A stretch of 64,000 nucleotides of DNA from Eledone cirrhosa (lineage: Eukaryota), in assembly GCA_964016885.1 (NCBI GenBank), contig OZ024745.1:121272001-121336000 (forward strand). Reading direction: 5' to 3'. Within the stretch, counting starts at the first letter, position 1. Every line of letters starts with the position of its first letter. Of this stretch, positions 1-12,244 are shown one piece after another. The position numbers and the translations under genes were made by a program. The notes beneath the pieces are model-generated. The model was not told the DNA's origin, searched no databases, and worked only from the letters and a program-made list of their open reading frames with translations.

Positions 1-157
1 GGGAGAAGAAAGACGATTAAATCGACACCAGTGTTTTACTGGTACTTTATTTTACCAATCCCGTAAGGATGAAAGGCAAACTAAACTCAGGCAAACTAAA
101 CTCAGAATGTAAAGGACTGGATCTCTATGCCGCGAATCATGGCGTCAGACGCTCAAC

Positions 158-160
<3 letters not shown>
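1..160 (-). mobile_element. tRNA-derived SINE family A, partial
   Basis: Reverse complement of the core CCTTTCATCCTTACGGG..AAAATAAAGTACCAG shared with >15 copies in the window. Confidence 0.8.
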
Positions 161-250
<90 letters not shown>

Positions 251-840
251 TAGATATATATATAGAGAGAGAGAGTGAGTGAGAAAAAAGATGAAGTTGG
301 AAAACATAGCACGGGAGATATATTTAAGGGTCTGTTTTTCTTTTTTGATTCGTCAAAGTGACATTACTGAAAAGATAGTGTTATTAAAAAATGAGAGGGA
401 CAATTCGTTTTAAAAAAAAAAAATGTTATGATGTATATAAATTATATGAAGAAATTTCCGGTTTCGATGTATTAAAATCCATCTTGTCAAATGTAGAGTG
501 TAAAAAATTAAAAAGAGTTGATAGGAATCAAAAACGAAAGGTTTAAAATTAAAATCAAAATCAAAATAGAATGTTTGAATAAATTTTCTTCCATCCCGCT
601 TGCTGAAAGGTTGGGTGGAATGAGAACTTTACTTGTTTTTCTGCAAGGGAGGAAATTGTTTCGAAAAATATCCTGTGAATGTATTGTTAATCTAGTGGTA
701 AATAGTTCAAAAGGGGATAGGGGATTGTGAGAGCTGATTTCTGTAATAGTAGTAGGATGGTATGTGTACATATATACACACACACACATATATATAGAGA
801 GAAGTATTGTCCCTCTCATTTTTTTAATAACATTATCTTT

Positions 841-1140
841 GGTGGATTGGCAGTATCGGTAGAGGGTCGGACGCCATGCTTTGACGCATAGAGTTACGGC
901 CCTTGCCATTCTGAGTTCAAATCCCGCCGAGGTTAACTTTGACTTTCATCCTTACGGGGTCTATAAAATAAAGTACCAGTAATGCACTGGGTAATTGCTA
1001 ACCTTGGGCCAATGTAGAAACAATTATTGAAAAGATAATTGTTTCTACGTTTGGCACAAAGCCAGCAATTACCCAGTGCATTACTGGTACTTTATTTTAT
1101 CGATCCCGTAAGGATGAAAGGCAAAGTTAACCTCGACGAA
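841..1140. mobile_element. SINE A full copy (+, 841-1028) tail-to-tail with a partial copy (-, 1037-1140)
   Basis: A-box-like TGGCAGTATCGG, B-box GAGTTCAAATCC, conserved core, tail AGAAACAATTATT. Confidence 0.85.
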
Positions 1141-1345
1141 TCAAAAAAGAAAAACAGACCCTTAAATATATCTCCCGTGCTATTTCCAACTTCATCTTTT
1201 CTCTATATCCACTGTTTTGTATAGAATCCTTACTTCCCTTTTCTAATATATATATATATATTATAAGAATAGATTAAAGTTTAAGCAAAGAATCGCTGGT
1301 TTCACCCTTATCGAGCCCTCTTCAGATTTTGGTCATCAGATTTAT

Positions 1346-1393
<48 letters not shown>

Positions 1394-1418
1394 AGATCAA
1401 AAGATGGTTAAAAGAGTT

Positions 1419-1497
1419 CCATGTATTTTATTATGCGCATTTAAAAAACAAATATCAATTTGGGATGATATTTGCGTTCTCATCAGATAAAATATGG
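1419..1497 (-). ncRNA. Type-I hammerhead ribozyme motif with G12 mutated
   Basis: Minus strand: TATTTTAT-CTGATGA-long stem II-(T)AAA-TGCGCA-TA-ATAAAATA. The sister copy at 34.4 kb has an intact GAAA. Confidence 0.7.
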
Positions 1498-1615
1498 AGA
1501 CATGATATGAAGCTTAAAAAACACTTGCGAGCAGGGAAGTGTTAAATCTACATATTTTAAGTGTTAAATCTGCTTTATTTGGCTACAATAAAACTCACCT
1601 CCTACATATATATAT

Positions 1616-2260
<645 letters not shown>

Positions 2261-2261
2261 G

Positions 2262-3055
2262 TGAGCAGCATTAAATGATATTAAACACAAATGAAATTAA
2301 ACACAATTCAGCAGTAGGCCCTGATAGGTTCCAACTTGCATCTACTCTAGCTAATATGTGGATTAACTTACTAGATGCTGGCTGTATTCCTGAAAACTTT
2401 CTGTCCTAGTTTTCAAAAAGGGAAACAAGTCCCTTGCAGTGAATTACCGACGATCTCACTCACCTCTCATATCCTTAAGGTATTTGAGAGGGTGGTAAGA
2501 TCACGAATAACTCACTTTCTTGAAGGCAACAATCTGCTGAAGCCCAACTAACATGGGTTCCGTAATGGAAGGGACTGCCTAATGCAGCTCTTGCATTCCT
2601 TTGATGACATTTTAAGAGTTTTGGGAGAGGGCTCCAACACTGATGTCATCTACCTTGATTTCAGCAAGGCCTTTGATAAATATTCCATCAGCATTACCCA
2701 AATGGTGTTGGCATCATCTTTAAAGTACACCCAAGGCTTGGGTCCCGTGCTATCCGCCTACAACAAGAACCAAACTCTCATCTCATAACAACATTACGGC
2801 ACAATTATTTCACCTCAACTGGTCCCGCTCTCATTAACATTACACCAAAACACGTTAAAATAGAAACAGATCCCATAAAATTCAAAAAGTCTTTGGACAA
2901 ATTCCTCCAAGAAATTCCGGATAAACCTCCTACACCCGGATATGTCTCCGTAAACAATAACTCTCTACTTGAGTGGGTCATGGTGTCCAAATCGTGATCA
3001 GGAAGACTTTAGCAGGTGGTGCTATTACGTTAGACATGGCTTGGGCTTATCAACA
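2262..3055 (+). pseudogene. CR1-group LINE ORF2 remnant, internally deleted
   Basis: KKGNKSLAVNYR, HGFRNGRDC and DVIYLDFSKAFDK (RT motifs) jump at ~2680 to the C-terminal FKKSLDKFLQEIPDKPPTPGY..NNSLLEW; stops and frameshifts present. Confidence 0.85.
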
Positions 3056-4115
3056 TACTGATTGCGGACTTAGTAAGAGCGATGAGGAACGTGTCCCGCA
3101 TGTGTAACCCCAAAGAATTAGAGAGACACATACAACACTTCATCCACCGCATGCAGTTCTCTGGCTACAATCAAAGAGATAAAATCAGGGTATATAAAGG
3201 AGCCAGAACCAAATGGGCAAAGATTGTATAAAATTATGCAAATGGAACTTGCCCCGTGTATAGGAGCAAATTTTGGAACAGAATAGAAAGGATTAGGAAT
3301 AAGGCAAATAAAATAAACTCATGGTATGATAGCAATAAATACCAGAATGTAATGTTCGTCGATACAACCCCTAGAGGGAAACTAGCTTACAGATTTAGAA
3401 GGGCCCTAGACAAGCTCAAATTAAATATTAAGATAGTTGAAAGACCAGGTATTCCCATAAAAACCCTAATTAGGAAAACCCATTTAAAAGATCCCCCTGT
3501 GCTGATAGGAAATTCATAGTCTGCAAGCTAAGCCCGCAAACTAACTGCAAAACTAGGAACGTAGTATATAGGATAAGATGTACTGAGGGACAATGTAGGA
3601 ATAAGAATATAACATGTATAGGTGAAACAGCCCGTAGCATAGGAGAAAGGATAAGTGAGCACTGGCGAGAACTCCAGGATGGGAAAAACTCATCAGTACT
3701 CCACCAACATGCCAAAACAGAACATAGGGGCACATTAGAGAACATAGAGATAAAAATTATATCAACACACAGAAAAGGTGCAATGCACAGAGGCGACAAA
3801 TATAAACGAACTCCAACCAAAATTAAACAGAAAACATGAGTGGAATGGCAACATCACAACTAGTAATTAAGGACAAAATGAAGACAAACAGACACAGAAA
3901 AAACCAAACTTACAAACCAAATCAGACACACACAGTTAGAACAAACAACTAACTAGTGACAAGTAAATAAACACATAAATAAATTTAAAAAACACACACA
4001 CGGATGTAACGCATGCGCAAACTAGAAAGAAAGAAAGATATTAAGCAGCGAAAGTAAGGGAAAGAAGGAGGGAGGGAGGGGCAGACTCTACACTCGTATC
4101 TTGATGATATCTCAC
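3056..4115 (+). pseudogene. Penelope-like element 3' part: RT thumb/linker, GIY-YIG endonuclease and 3' non-coding region
   Basis: RMQFSGY; Cys-rich linker PC..VC..NCKTRNVVYRIRC; CIGETARSIGERISEH; SVLHQH; PKLNRKHEW. Frameshift near 3480. Confidence 0.85.
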
Positions 4116-4977
4116 TGCTGTACGCCGCGGGAACGACATCATCAGAAGGAGCCGCGAAGCAGCAGATTTCCCCTCACAATTGGAGCACACTGGCCTCGAC
4201 CGTAGCACTGGCAAGCGTCCCGACAGATTAATCCTCTTCCCTTTCCAGGGGGGCAAATCCCTAATCTAGGACATGCATCGACTCGTTCTCCTCCGCCTCC
4301 AACCTAGTCGTTTCGGCCCCACAAACCCAGGCTCCGCTGCCCGCAATGCGACCGCTTCTCCTTTGTACCAGTCTCCGTCGAGACCTCTGCTGAGTTCCTC
4401 CGTAAAATCGGAAAGACAACGGCCCGCTTAAGGACGGGAGTGCGTAAGGTGGGGTGGCTGTTGTAGCGGGTGTCTCTGGTACGTCTCCCCACCTTTCTTT
4501 CGTTGCTTTTCTTTTCTTTTCCCTCAAGGTGTTTTTTTTTGTAATGTAATTATATATAAATTATTACAATAGTCTTATCATTAATCACTGCCACGTGTCA
4601 GTAAACAGGTGAACCATTAATTTATCAAAATATATGCGTGTGTGTGTTTGTGTGTGTGAGAGTGCGTGTGAGTGTGTGTGTATGTATGTATAAATGTGTG
4701 TGTGTATGTATGTTTGTATGTATGTATGTATGTATGTATGTATGTGTGTATGTATATATGTATGTATGTATGTATGTTTGTATGTATGTGTGTATGTATA
4801 TATGTATGTATGTTTGTATGTATGTATGTATGTATGTATGTATGTATGTATGTATGTATGTATGTTTGTATGTATGTGTGTATGCATGTATGTTTGTATG
4901 TATGTGTGTATGTATGTATGTATGTATGTATGTATGTATGTATGTATGTATTTATGTATATACGTATGTATGTATGC

Positions 4978-5460
4978 ATGGTCGGGTCGGCGGCGACTAA
5001 ACCGGCAACCCCACCAAGTTTACTTGGTGAGGAGGGAGATTTTGGACACCCTGCAGAACAAAAAACAAAACCTGACAAAGGGCGGAAGAACTCATAAGAG
5101 TCAATGGCCATTCGAAAGTGTGTAAATATGTATATACACATGTACCGCGCGGTTAAGCCGCTGGGAGTAAAGAAACCCTAGCCTTTGTCAGGGCATTCTT
5201 ATAGAAGAAGGCATCTCAGGAAACTGGGATAACTCCGACATAAAACCTGCGGCTCAGTAGTTACAGATGATGTTGATCTTTTCTTCCTTTCGGGTTATAG
5301 CTACTGTCACTCAGAGAGTGGGACTGGCTCAGTGCACAGTCTTTCCTCACTTTAAAAAATATCTTCATGCACAGGCATTGCACGATAGAATTAATTAATA
5401 ATTATTAATAATGGTACATCGTGCAATGGCCATACTCGATAACGAGGGGCAGCCATCATG
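4978..5460 (+). mobile_element. Non-autonomous RTE-derived repeat (5' UTR-like part plus short 3' tail)
   Basis: Homologous to 43533-43960, 25625-25815(-) and 21985-22080(-); ends in GGCC.TACTCGA.AACGAG.GGCAGCCA. Confidence 0.6.
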
Positions 5461-5725
5461 TATGTATGTTTGTATGTATGATTGTATGTATGTATGTTTG
5501 TTTTATGTTTGTATGCATGTATGTGTGTGTGCATGTATGTGTGTATGTATGTATGTTTGTATGTATATATGTATGTTTATATGTATGTATGTATGTATGT
5601 ATGTGTGTGTGTGTGCATGTATGTGTGTATGTATGTATGTTTGTATGTATATATGTATGTTTATATGTATGTATATATGTATGTATGTATGTATGCACAT
5701 GCATTGCACGATAGAATTAATTAAT

Positions 5726-5908
5726 TGTTTCTACTTTAGGCACAAGGCCAGTAATTACCCAGTGCATTACTGGTACTTTATTTTATCGACCCCGTAAGGA
5801 TGAAAGGCAAAGTCAACCTCGGCGGGATTTGAACTCAGATCGTAAAGGGACGTAACTATACTGGAAAGCATGGCGTCTGACCCTCTACCGATACTGCCAA
5901 TTCACCGC
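5726..5908 (-). mobile_element. SINE A full copy with TSD
   Basis: Full head/core/tail flanked by the direct repeat GAATTAATTAAT (5714-5725 and 5909-5920). Confidence 0.9.
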
Positions 5909-5994
5909 GAATTAATTAATAATTATTAATAATGGTATATCGTGCAATGGCCATACTCGATAACGAGGGGCGCAGCCCTCATCATATATGTATG

Positions 5995-6237
5995 TTCTTC
6001 TGGTTTTATAATTTCACAAAGTTTTACCAATAGAGAGAGAGAGTCGGTTTCTAACATAGACACAAGACTCTCTCATTGGAATTTACACAACATCAACTAG
6101 GTAGATATGTATGTATGCATGCATGTGTAGATATGGATGTTATTGTATGTGTGGATGTGTATGTTTTGAGTTGTATGTGTGCATGTGTATATGCTTTGTA
6201 TCTGTACATGTGTATATGCAGTTATTAGATGCAAATT
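5995..6237 (-). mobile_element. Dong/R4-type retrotransposon 3' UTR copy
   Basis: Reverse complement of 30620-30855 and 31205-31440; embedded in (TATG)n. Confidence 0.8.
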
Positions 6238-6316
6238 TGTTTAATGTATGTATGTATGTATGTATGTATGTATGTATGTATGTATGTATGTATGTATGTA
6301 TGTATGTATTTATATA

Positions 6317-6482
6317 TGGGCCCAGCACTGTGTCAATAATTGTCACAAGTGCAGTGTTTGTACCAGAGTTTTCAAGTCGCTGGCTGGACTAAAAAGTCAC
6401 ACTCGTTCAGCGCATCGGTAGGGGCTCTCCTACATGGATATAAAGTAGTGGCCGTACTCGAAAACGAGTTGGCAGCCACCAT
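6317..6482 (+). mobile_element. RTE LINE 3' end (C2H2 finger plus 3' UTR)
   Basis: CHKCSVCTRVFKSLAGLKSHTRSAHR*; further copies at 31463-31612(-) and 43965-44170. Confidence 0.75.
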
Positions 6483-6555
6483 ATATGTATGTATGTATGT
6501 CTATATGTATATATGTATATATGTATATATGTATATATGTATGTATGCATGTATG

Positions 6556-6589
<34 letters not shown>

Positions 6590-6901
6590 TATATGTATAT
6601 ATGTATATATGTATGTATGTATGTATATATGTATATATGTATGTATGTCTATATGTATATATGTATGTATATATGTATGTATGTATGTATGTATGCATGT
6701 ATGTATATATGTATGTATGTATGTATATATGTATGTATGTATATATGTATATATGTATACATGTATATATGTATGTATATATGTATATATGTATGTATGT
6801 ATATATGTATATATGTATGTATGTATATATATATATGTATGTATGTATGTATGTATACATGTATGTATATATGTATATATGTATGTATATATGTATATAT
6901 G

Positions 6902-6935
<34 letters not shown>

Positions 6936-7392
6936 TGTATGTATGTATGTATGTATGTATGTATGTATGTATGTATGTATGTATGTATGCACGTAGGTAA
7001 GACAATGAATATTAAGAATCCATTAATGAAAAAAAATGACATAGTGAAAGAGAAAAAAGTTTCTAAAAAATATCCAACTTACTTCTTATCGATAATGTGA
7101 GAGGTATTTTAGTGATGTACCCCACTAAATGAACATGATATACTGGGAAATCACAAACTAAACAGATTGAAATATCTCTGCAAACTGTTACATTGAATCG
7201 AAGTAAGATCAGAAGAAAGAAGAAAAGTTTCATGTAGAGGGAGGACAGAGTAGTGATATAACAGCCCGGTCAATCTATTATAGAACCAAGAGAAAACATC
7301 AGGTGGTGTTTATTGTTAGTTACTGATCAAATATGATAGATTCTAACTGAAATATTCACCAAACAACGTATATTTCTCTTTACTACAACATA

Positions 7393-7660
7393 TGGCCTTG
7401 TGGTTAGGGTGTTGGACTTACGATCATAATGTCGTGTGTTCGATTCCTGGCTTGCGTGTTGTGTTCTTGATCAAAACTCTTCATTTCACGTTACTCCAGT
7501 ATATTCAGCTGAAAATGAGTACCAGTAATAGCTGAGGGTTTAACCCTGCGATGGACTGGGGTCCTGTCCAGGGGGGAGTCTTGTACTCTCAGTCGCTTCA
7601 CGTCATGAAACCGGGATAAGCACCGGCCAAATGAGCCTTCTGGCTTAAGGCAGACTTTAG
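7393..7660 (+). mobile_element. tRNA-derived SINE family B (V-domain-like body)
   Basis: TGGCCTTGTGGTTAGGG A box, GTTCGATTCC B box, AACCCTGCGATGGACTGG..TCCAGGGG body, (GACTTTA)n tail. Confidence 0.7.
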
Positions 7661-8844
7661 ACTTTAGACTAAAATCGAGGTGAGACTGGTGGCAACCACT
7701 TTGCCCATATGTAAATCTGGAACTGTCTTTTCCCTTCGAAAACTCTCTGGAATTAATGGGATTGATACGGCTGAAGCTCATAGCTGTGTAGTAATGAATC
7801 TAAGTGATTCTGGGTTTCGTTCTTTTCCACTAGATCATGAGCAAATGTCTTCTACTATAGCCTCAGGTCGATCAAAGTCTCGTGTGGAATTTGGTAGACA
7901 GAAACTATACAGAAACCCATTAGAAGGATAATTCCTGTTCTTCACCGATAGCCATAAATCGTCTCCATATCTGATAGACATAATCCAGCTACGTTGAGTC
8001 AAGGAGGGAAGAACAGTACCCATGATATATTTCAGGGCTGCCCAGACTGTTGAGAAGAGAAGAAGGTAGCCTGAAACCGGATGACTTGTCCAATTGCTTA
8101 CAACAGAGTGGCTTCTGCTAAAGACACCCAAGGGTCAGGTGATGGTGTTCAAACAGGAGACAGATTGTTAAACATCAACGATGAACGCATGATAAGACGA
8201 CCACCTGACTCTAAGCATAAGGCTAACAACCTCCCTTGTTCCACCAGTCACTGTAGAAGTTTCGTTTAGGGTTTTGGGGACAGGACACTTTCTAGAATAA
8301 TTATTTCAATGATTCTTTTCTACCTTTACCCTTCAACTTTCTGTTTTATATCCGTTTTTTTTTTCTTTAACCTTCTCAGATTATATGCTGCCATTTGTTT
8401 TCACTTGGACTGTATGTTTCTCTGTGTTATATCTAGAGGATTCTATGTGAAACACCATAACTATAATATAATTTCCCTCGTTGAAATCATATTTAAATTT
8501 TTTTCTTGGTGGTAGCAACACGTAGAGTGATTCGTTGGTTACTAGTGCAAAGTTAAAATCATCCCGCAGGTAAAGTTAACTGTAAAAGAGCAACGTCTAA
8601 TCCTGGTAGAGGTTTCTCATCCATTTAACTCTATCGAAACCAGAGATACGAAACACGAACTTACCTCATCCATGTCTTCTTTCTTTCTTTCTTTCTTTCT
8701 TTTAATAGAAAATGTAAAATCCCTGAGAAGATTGAGAAGAATCCGAAAGTTGTTTGTGATGTCGGCCTTTCATCTGTGAAATACAAAATCATTATAAGTA
8801 TATATATATATATCTTCTTGCTCATAATAATTTCTATACTTTTC

Positions 8845-9017
<173 letters not shown>

Positions 9018-9068
9018 GATACATACATACATATATACATACACACACATACACACATATATATATTT

Positions 9069-9168
<100 letters not shown>

Positions 9169-9849
9169 ATGTGTGTCACGCAGGGTCCGACATAATCCCC
9201 CATAAAACACATACATGCTAGTTATTTACACGCACTTTAACCCCACATATACGTGTGTATTGATTCAGTCACACATTTACATACTAAGACTGCTACACAC
9301 ATACAACACACGGGCTGACACACACACGGGCTGACACACACACACACTTTAATGCATTCCTAGACTCCAGATGCCATCGGACAGACACACAACCATTCAC
9401 ACACTTGGCATATGCACATATACACATACAGTTAAATAAACACACACACATACAAGCGTACAAACAAATGCACACGTACATACATATTCACACACTCACA
9501 GTTAGATCGACACACACACACACAGAGTTAGATCGACACACACACGCAGCTAGATCGACACACACGCAGCTAGATCGACACACACACACACAGCTAGATC
9601 GACACACACACGCAGCTAGATCCACACACACACACACACCAATGTATTCCCACGAAGTAACTCAATTCTACAGACACACACCAACAACTCCTGATAGACC
9701 TGGATGTTCTACCGCCCCTACTACATACACACCCTAATGTAGGCATAAATACACCCTTACACTCATGTCCACTTCAACCCTGCTGATCACCAACTCTTGT
9801 TTTATCTAACCTCTCCTCTCTAATAACATTTCTCTCACTCTCTCATTCT

Positions 9850-9896
9850 TTTTCTGATGAAAGACTAACGCTCGATACGTTGAAAACACTTCTTTC
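9850..9896 (+). ncRNA. Decayed minimal hammerhead motif
   Basis: TTTT-CTGATGA-AAGACTAACGCTC-GATA(=GAAA)-CGT-TG-AAAA. Confidence 0.4.
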
Positions 9897-10777
9897 TCTA
9901 TTTCATGCAAGCGTCAACCTAATAACACTTTTTGTAATTGTTCTCTGTGTCTGTTTTCCCTGTTGACCATGCGCTAGATATATCATCATCATCATAATAA
10001 TCCTCCTCATCATCATCATAATCCTCATCAGCATCATCATCACCATTGTCATCATCATCACCATCATTATTATTTAACATCTGTTTTCCCTGCTAGCAAG
10101 AGTTGGATAGGTCGTCACAAACCCCGTCATTATTTCAGCGAAGTTACTGGCCTATCTGACAGGCTGGGGCCGACATCTCGTTTACCTGTATTCCCGTACT
10201 CTACCGAGTACATTTAATCATGGCACCAGCACTAGGGAGGTTGTTATGTCTTTGAAACATCTCAAGTGTTTTCCCATCCCGTTGTTTGGCAGGTTTCTAT
10301 GGCTTGCTATCCTTCGATGGTTGGATACCCTTCTTATCAGCAATCAATTTCCCTTCTCTCAAAATGGTTGGCATTGTGCCAAAATCAGAAACCAATATTG
10401 ATGTGACGTCATGTAATCTAGTTAGTGTGTCACTTCAGCCCTTGTCAGCTCGTCATGGTTGAGAAGAGAGCGGAGTTCTGTTGTACTGTGCTAGTTCATT
10501 AAATGGTCGCCAGTACTCGACTTTATCCAACCAGGAATGATGAAATATATGGCTGACTTCGGTGAGATTTGAACTCGAAACGTATGCATCCGAAACAAAT
10601 ACCACAAGGCATTTTGTCTGAAGCTAATCTATATATAAATTTCTGCGATTCTGTCATAACACATAAAGAAAGAGGAGTAGTTTGACTACCTCATACTACT
10701 CCTCTCTCTTTACGTTTGCTGCCTGCGTGAATGTATGTGTGTGTAAAGGGAAGGAATGGGTGGTGAAAATACCACGC

Positions 10778-11672
10778 TGTGTGTGAGTGTATGTGTATGT
10801 GTATGTGTGTGTTTGTGTGAATGTGTGTGTGTGTGTGTTTGTGTGAATGTATGTGTGTGTTTGAGTGAATGTATGTATGTGTGTTTGTGTGAATGTATGT
10901 GTATGTGAGTGTATGTGTATGCGTGTGTTTGTGTGAATGTATGTGCGTGTTTGTGTGAATGTATGTGTGTGTTTGTGTGAATGTATGTGTGTTTGTGTGA
11001 ATGTATGTGTGTGTTTGTGTGAATGTATGTGTGTTTGTGTGAATGTATGTGCGTGCGTGTTTGTGTGAATGTATGTGTGTGTGTTTGTGTGAATGTATGT
11101 ATGTGTGTTTGTGTGAATGTATGTATGTGTGTTTGTGTGAATGTATGTCTGTGTGTTTGTGTGAATGTATGTGTGTGTGTTTGTGTGAATGTATGTATGT
11201 GTGTTTGTGTGAATGTATGTATGTGTGTTTGTGTGAATGTATGTCTGTGTGTTTGTGTGAATGTATGTATGTGTGTTTGTGTGAATGTATGTCTGTGTGT
11301 TTGTGTGAATGTATGTGTGTGTGTTTGTGTGAATGTATGTCTGTGTGTTTGTGTGAATGTATGTATGTGTGTTTGTGTGAATGTATGTCTGTGTGTTTGT
11401 GTGAATGTATGTGTGTGTGTTTGTGTGAATGTCTGTATGTGTGTTTGTGTGAATGTATGTGCGTGTTTGTATGTCTGTGTGTTTGTGTGAATGTATGTGT
11501 GTGTGTGTGTGAATGTATGTGCGTGCGTGTTTGTGTGAATGTATGTGTGTGTGTTTGTGTGAATGTATATACGTGCGTGTTTGTGTGAATGTATGTGCGT
11601 GTTTGTGTGAATGTATGTGTGTGTGTTTGTGGGAATGTATGTGCGTGCTTGTGTGAATGTATGTCTGTGTGT
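10778..11672. repeat. Compound ~20-24 bp minisatellite (GTGTTTGTGTGAATGTATGT..)n
   Basis: Direct inspection. Confidence 0.9.
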
Positions 11673-11944
11673 ACTTTTGAAAGTGTCTGTGTTTCCACGT
11701 TTATATTTATATACTCATACATATAAATGTACGCATATGCACATACACATACACACACGCACACACATATAAACATACCTGTCAGCGTATGGAAAGAAAT
11801 ACAACCTTAAAGAAAACTTCACGAAGAATTCAACATATACTGAATAGTGTCTTTTTTTAATGGGATTTTAGAAAGAGTGGGGGGGGGGAATGTATGTGAG
11901 TGAATGAGAGGAGGTGTGTATGTTGTGTTGGCTGTTATACAGGG

Positions 11945-12080
11945 TGTCCCTAGTACTGGATTGGTATATTTTTTTATCGGCCCCGAATGGATAAGAAGCG
12001 AAGTTGACCTCGGCGGGATTTGAACTCCCAGCACAGATAACACTCCCCAACGTTCTAACGACTCTGCCAATTCGCCGCCT
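11945..12080 (-). mobile_element. SINE A, diverged
   Basis: GGCGGGATTTGAACTC B-box complement and core remnants; a similar diverged copy lies at 10505-10625. Confidence 0.7.
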
Positions 12081-12244
12081 AAAATAGTGAGCCACAGTTA
12101 GACAATATTGATGTTTGACAGTGTCAGTAGAGCGTCGGACAACATGCTTTATGAGGTTAGCTTTGCCGTTCATCTTTATCATAGCCTCTGGTCAGCCATG
12201 CTATGTGAAATAAACTGGGTAGACGTAATCTGTTTGGGAACTCA

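Noticed and set aside
841-935. tRNA genes at GTTCAAATCC/GTTCGATTCC motifs
   Set aside because: These are SINE heads: no complete cloverleaf, and always followed by the SINE core and tail
1285-1330. Possible hammerheads at 1.3k, 8.72k, 18.0k and 54.35k
   Set aside because: Several core positions are broken; probably decayed members, so not called as ribozymes
7835-8270. Non-repetitive-looking ORFs
   Set aside because: No recognisable domain or splice context; weak hint of a decayed L1/Tx1 3' end only
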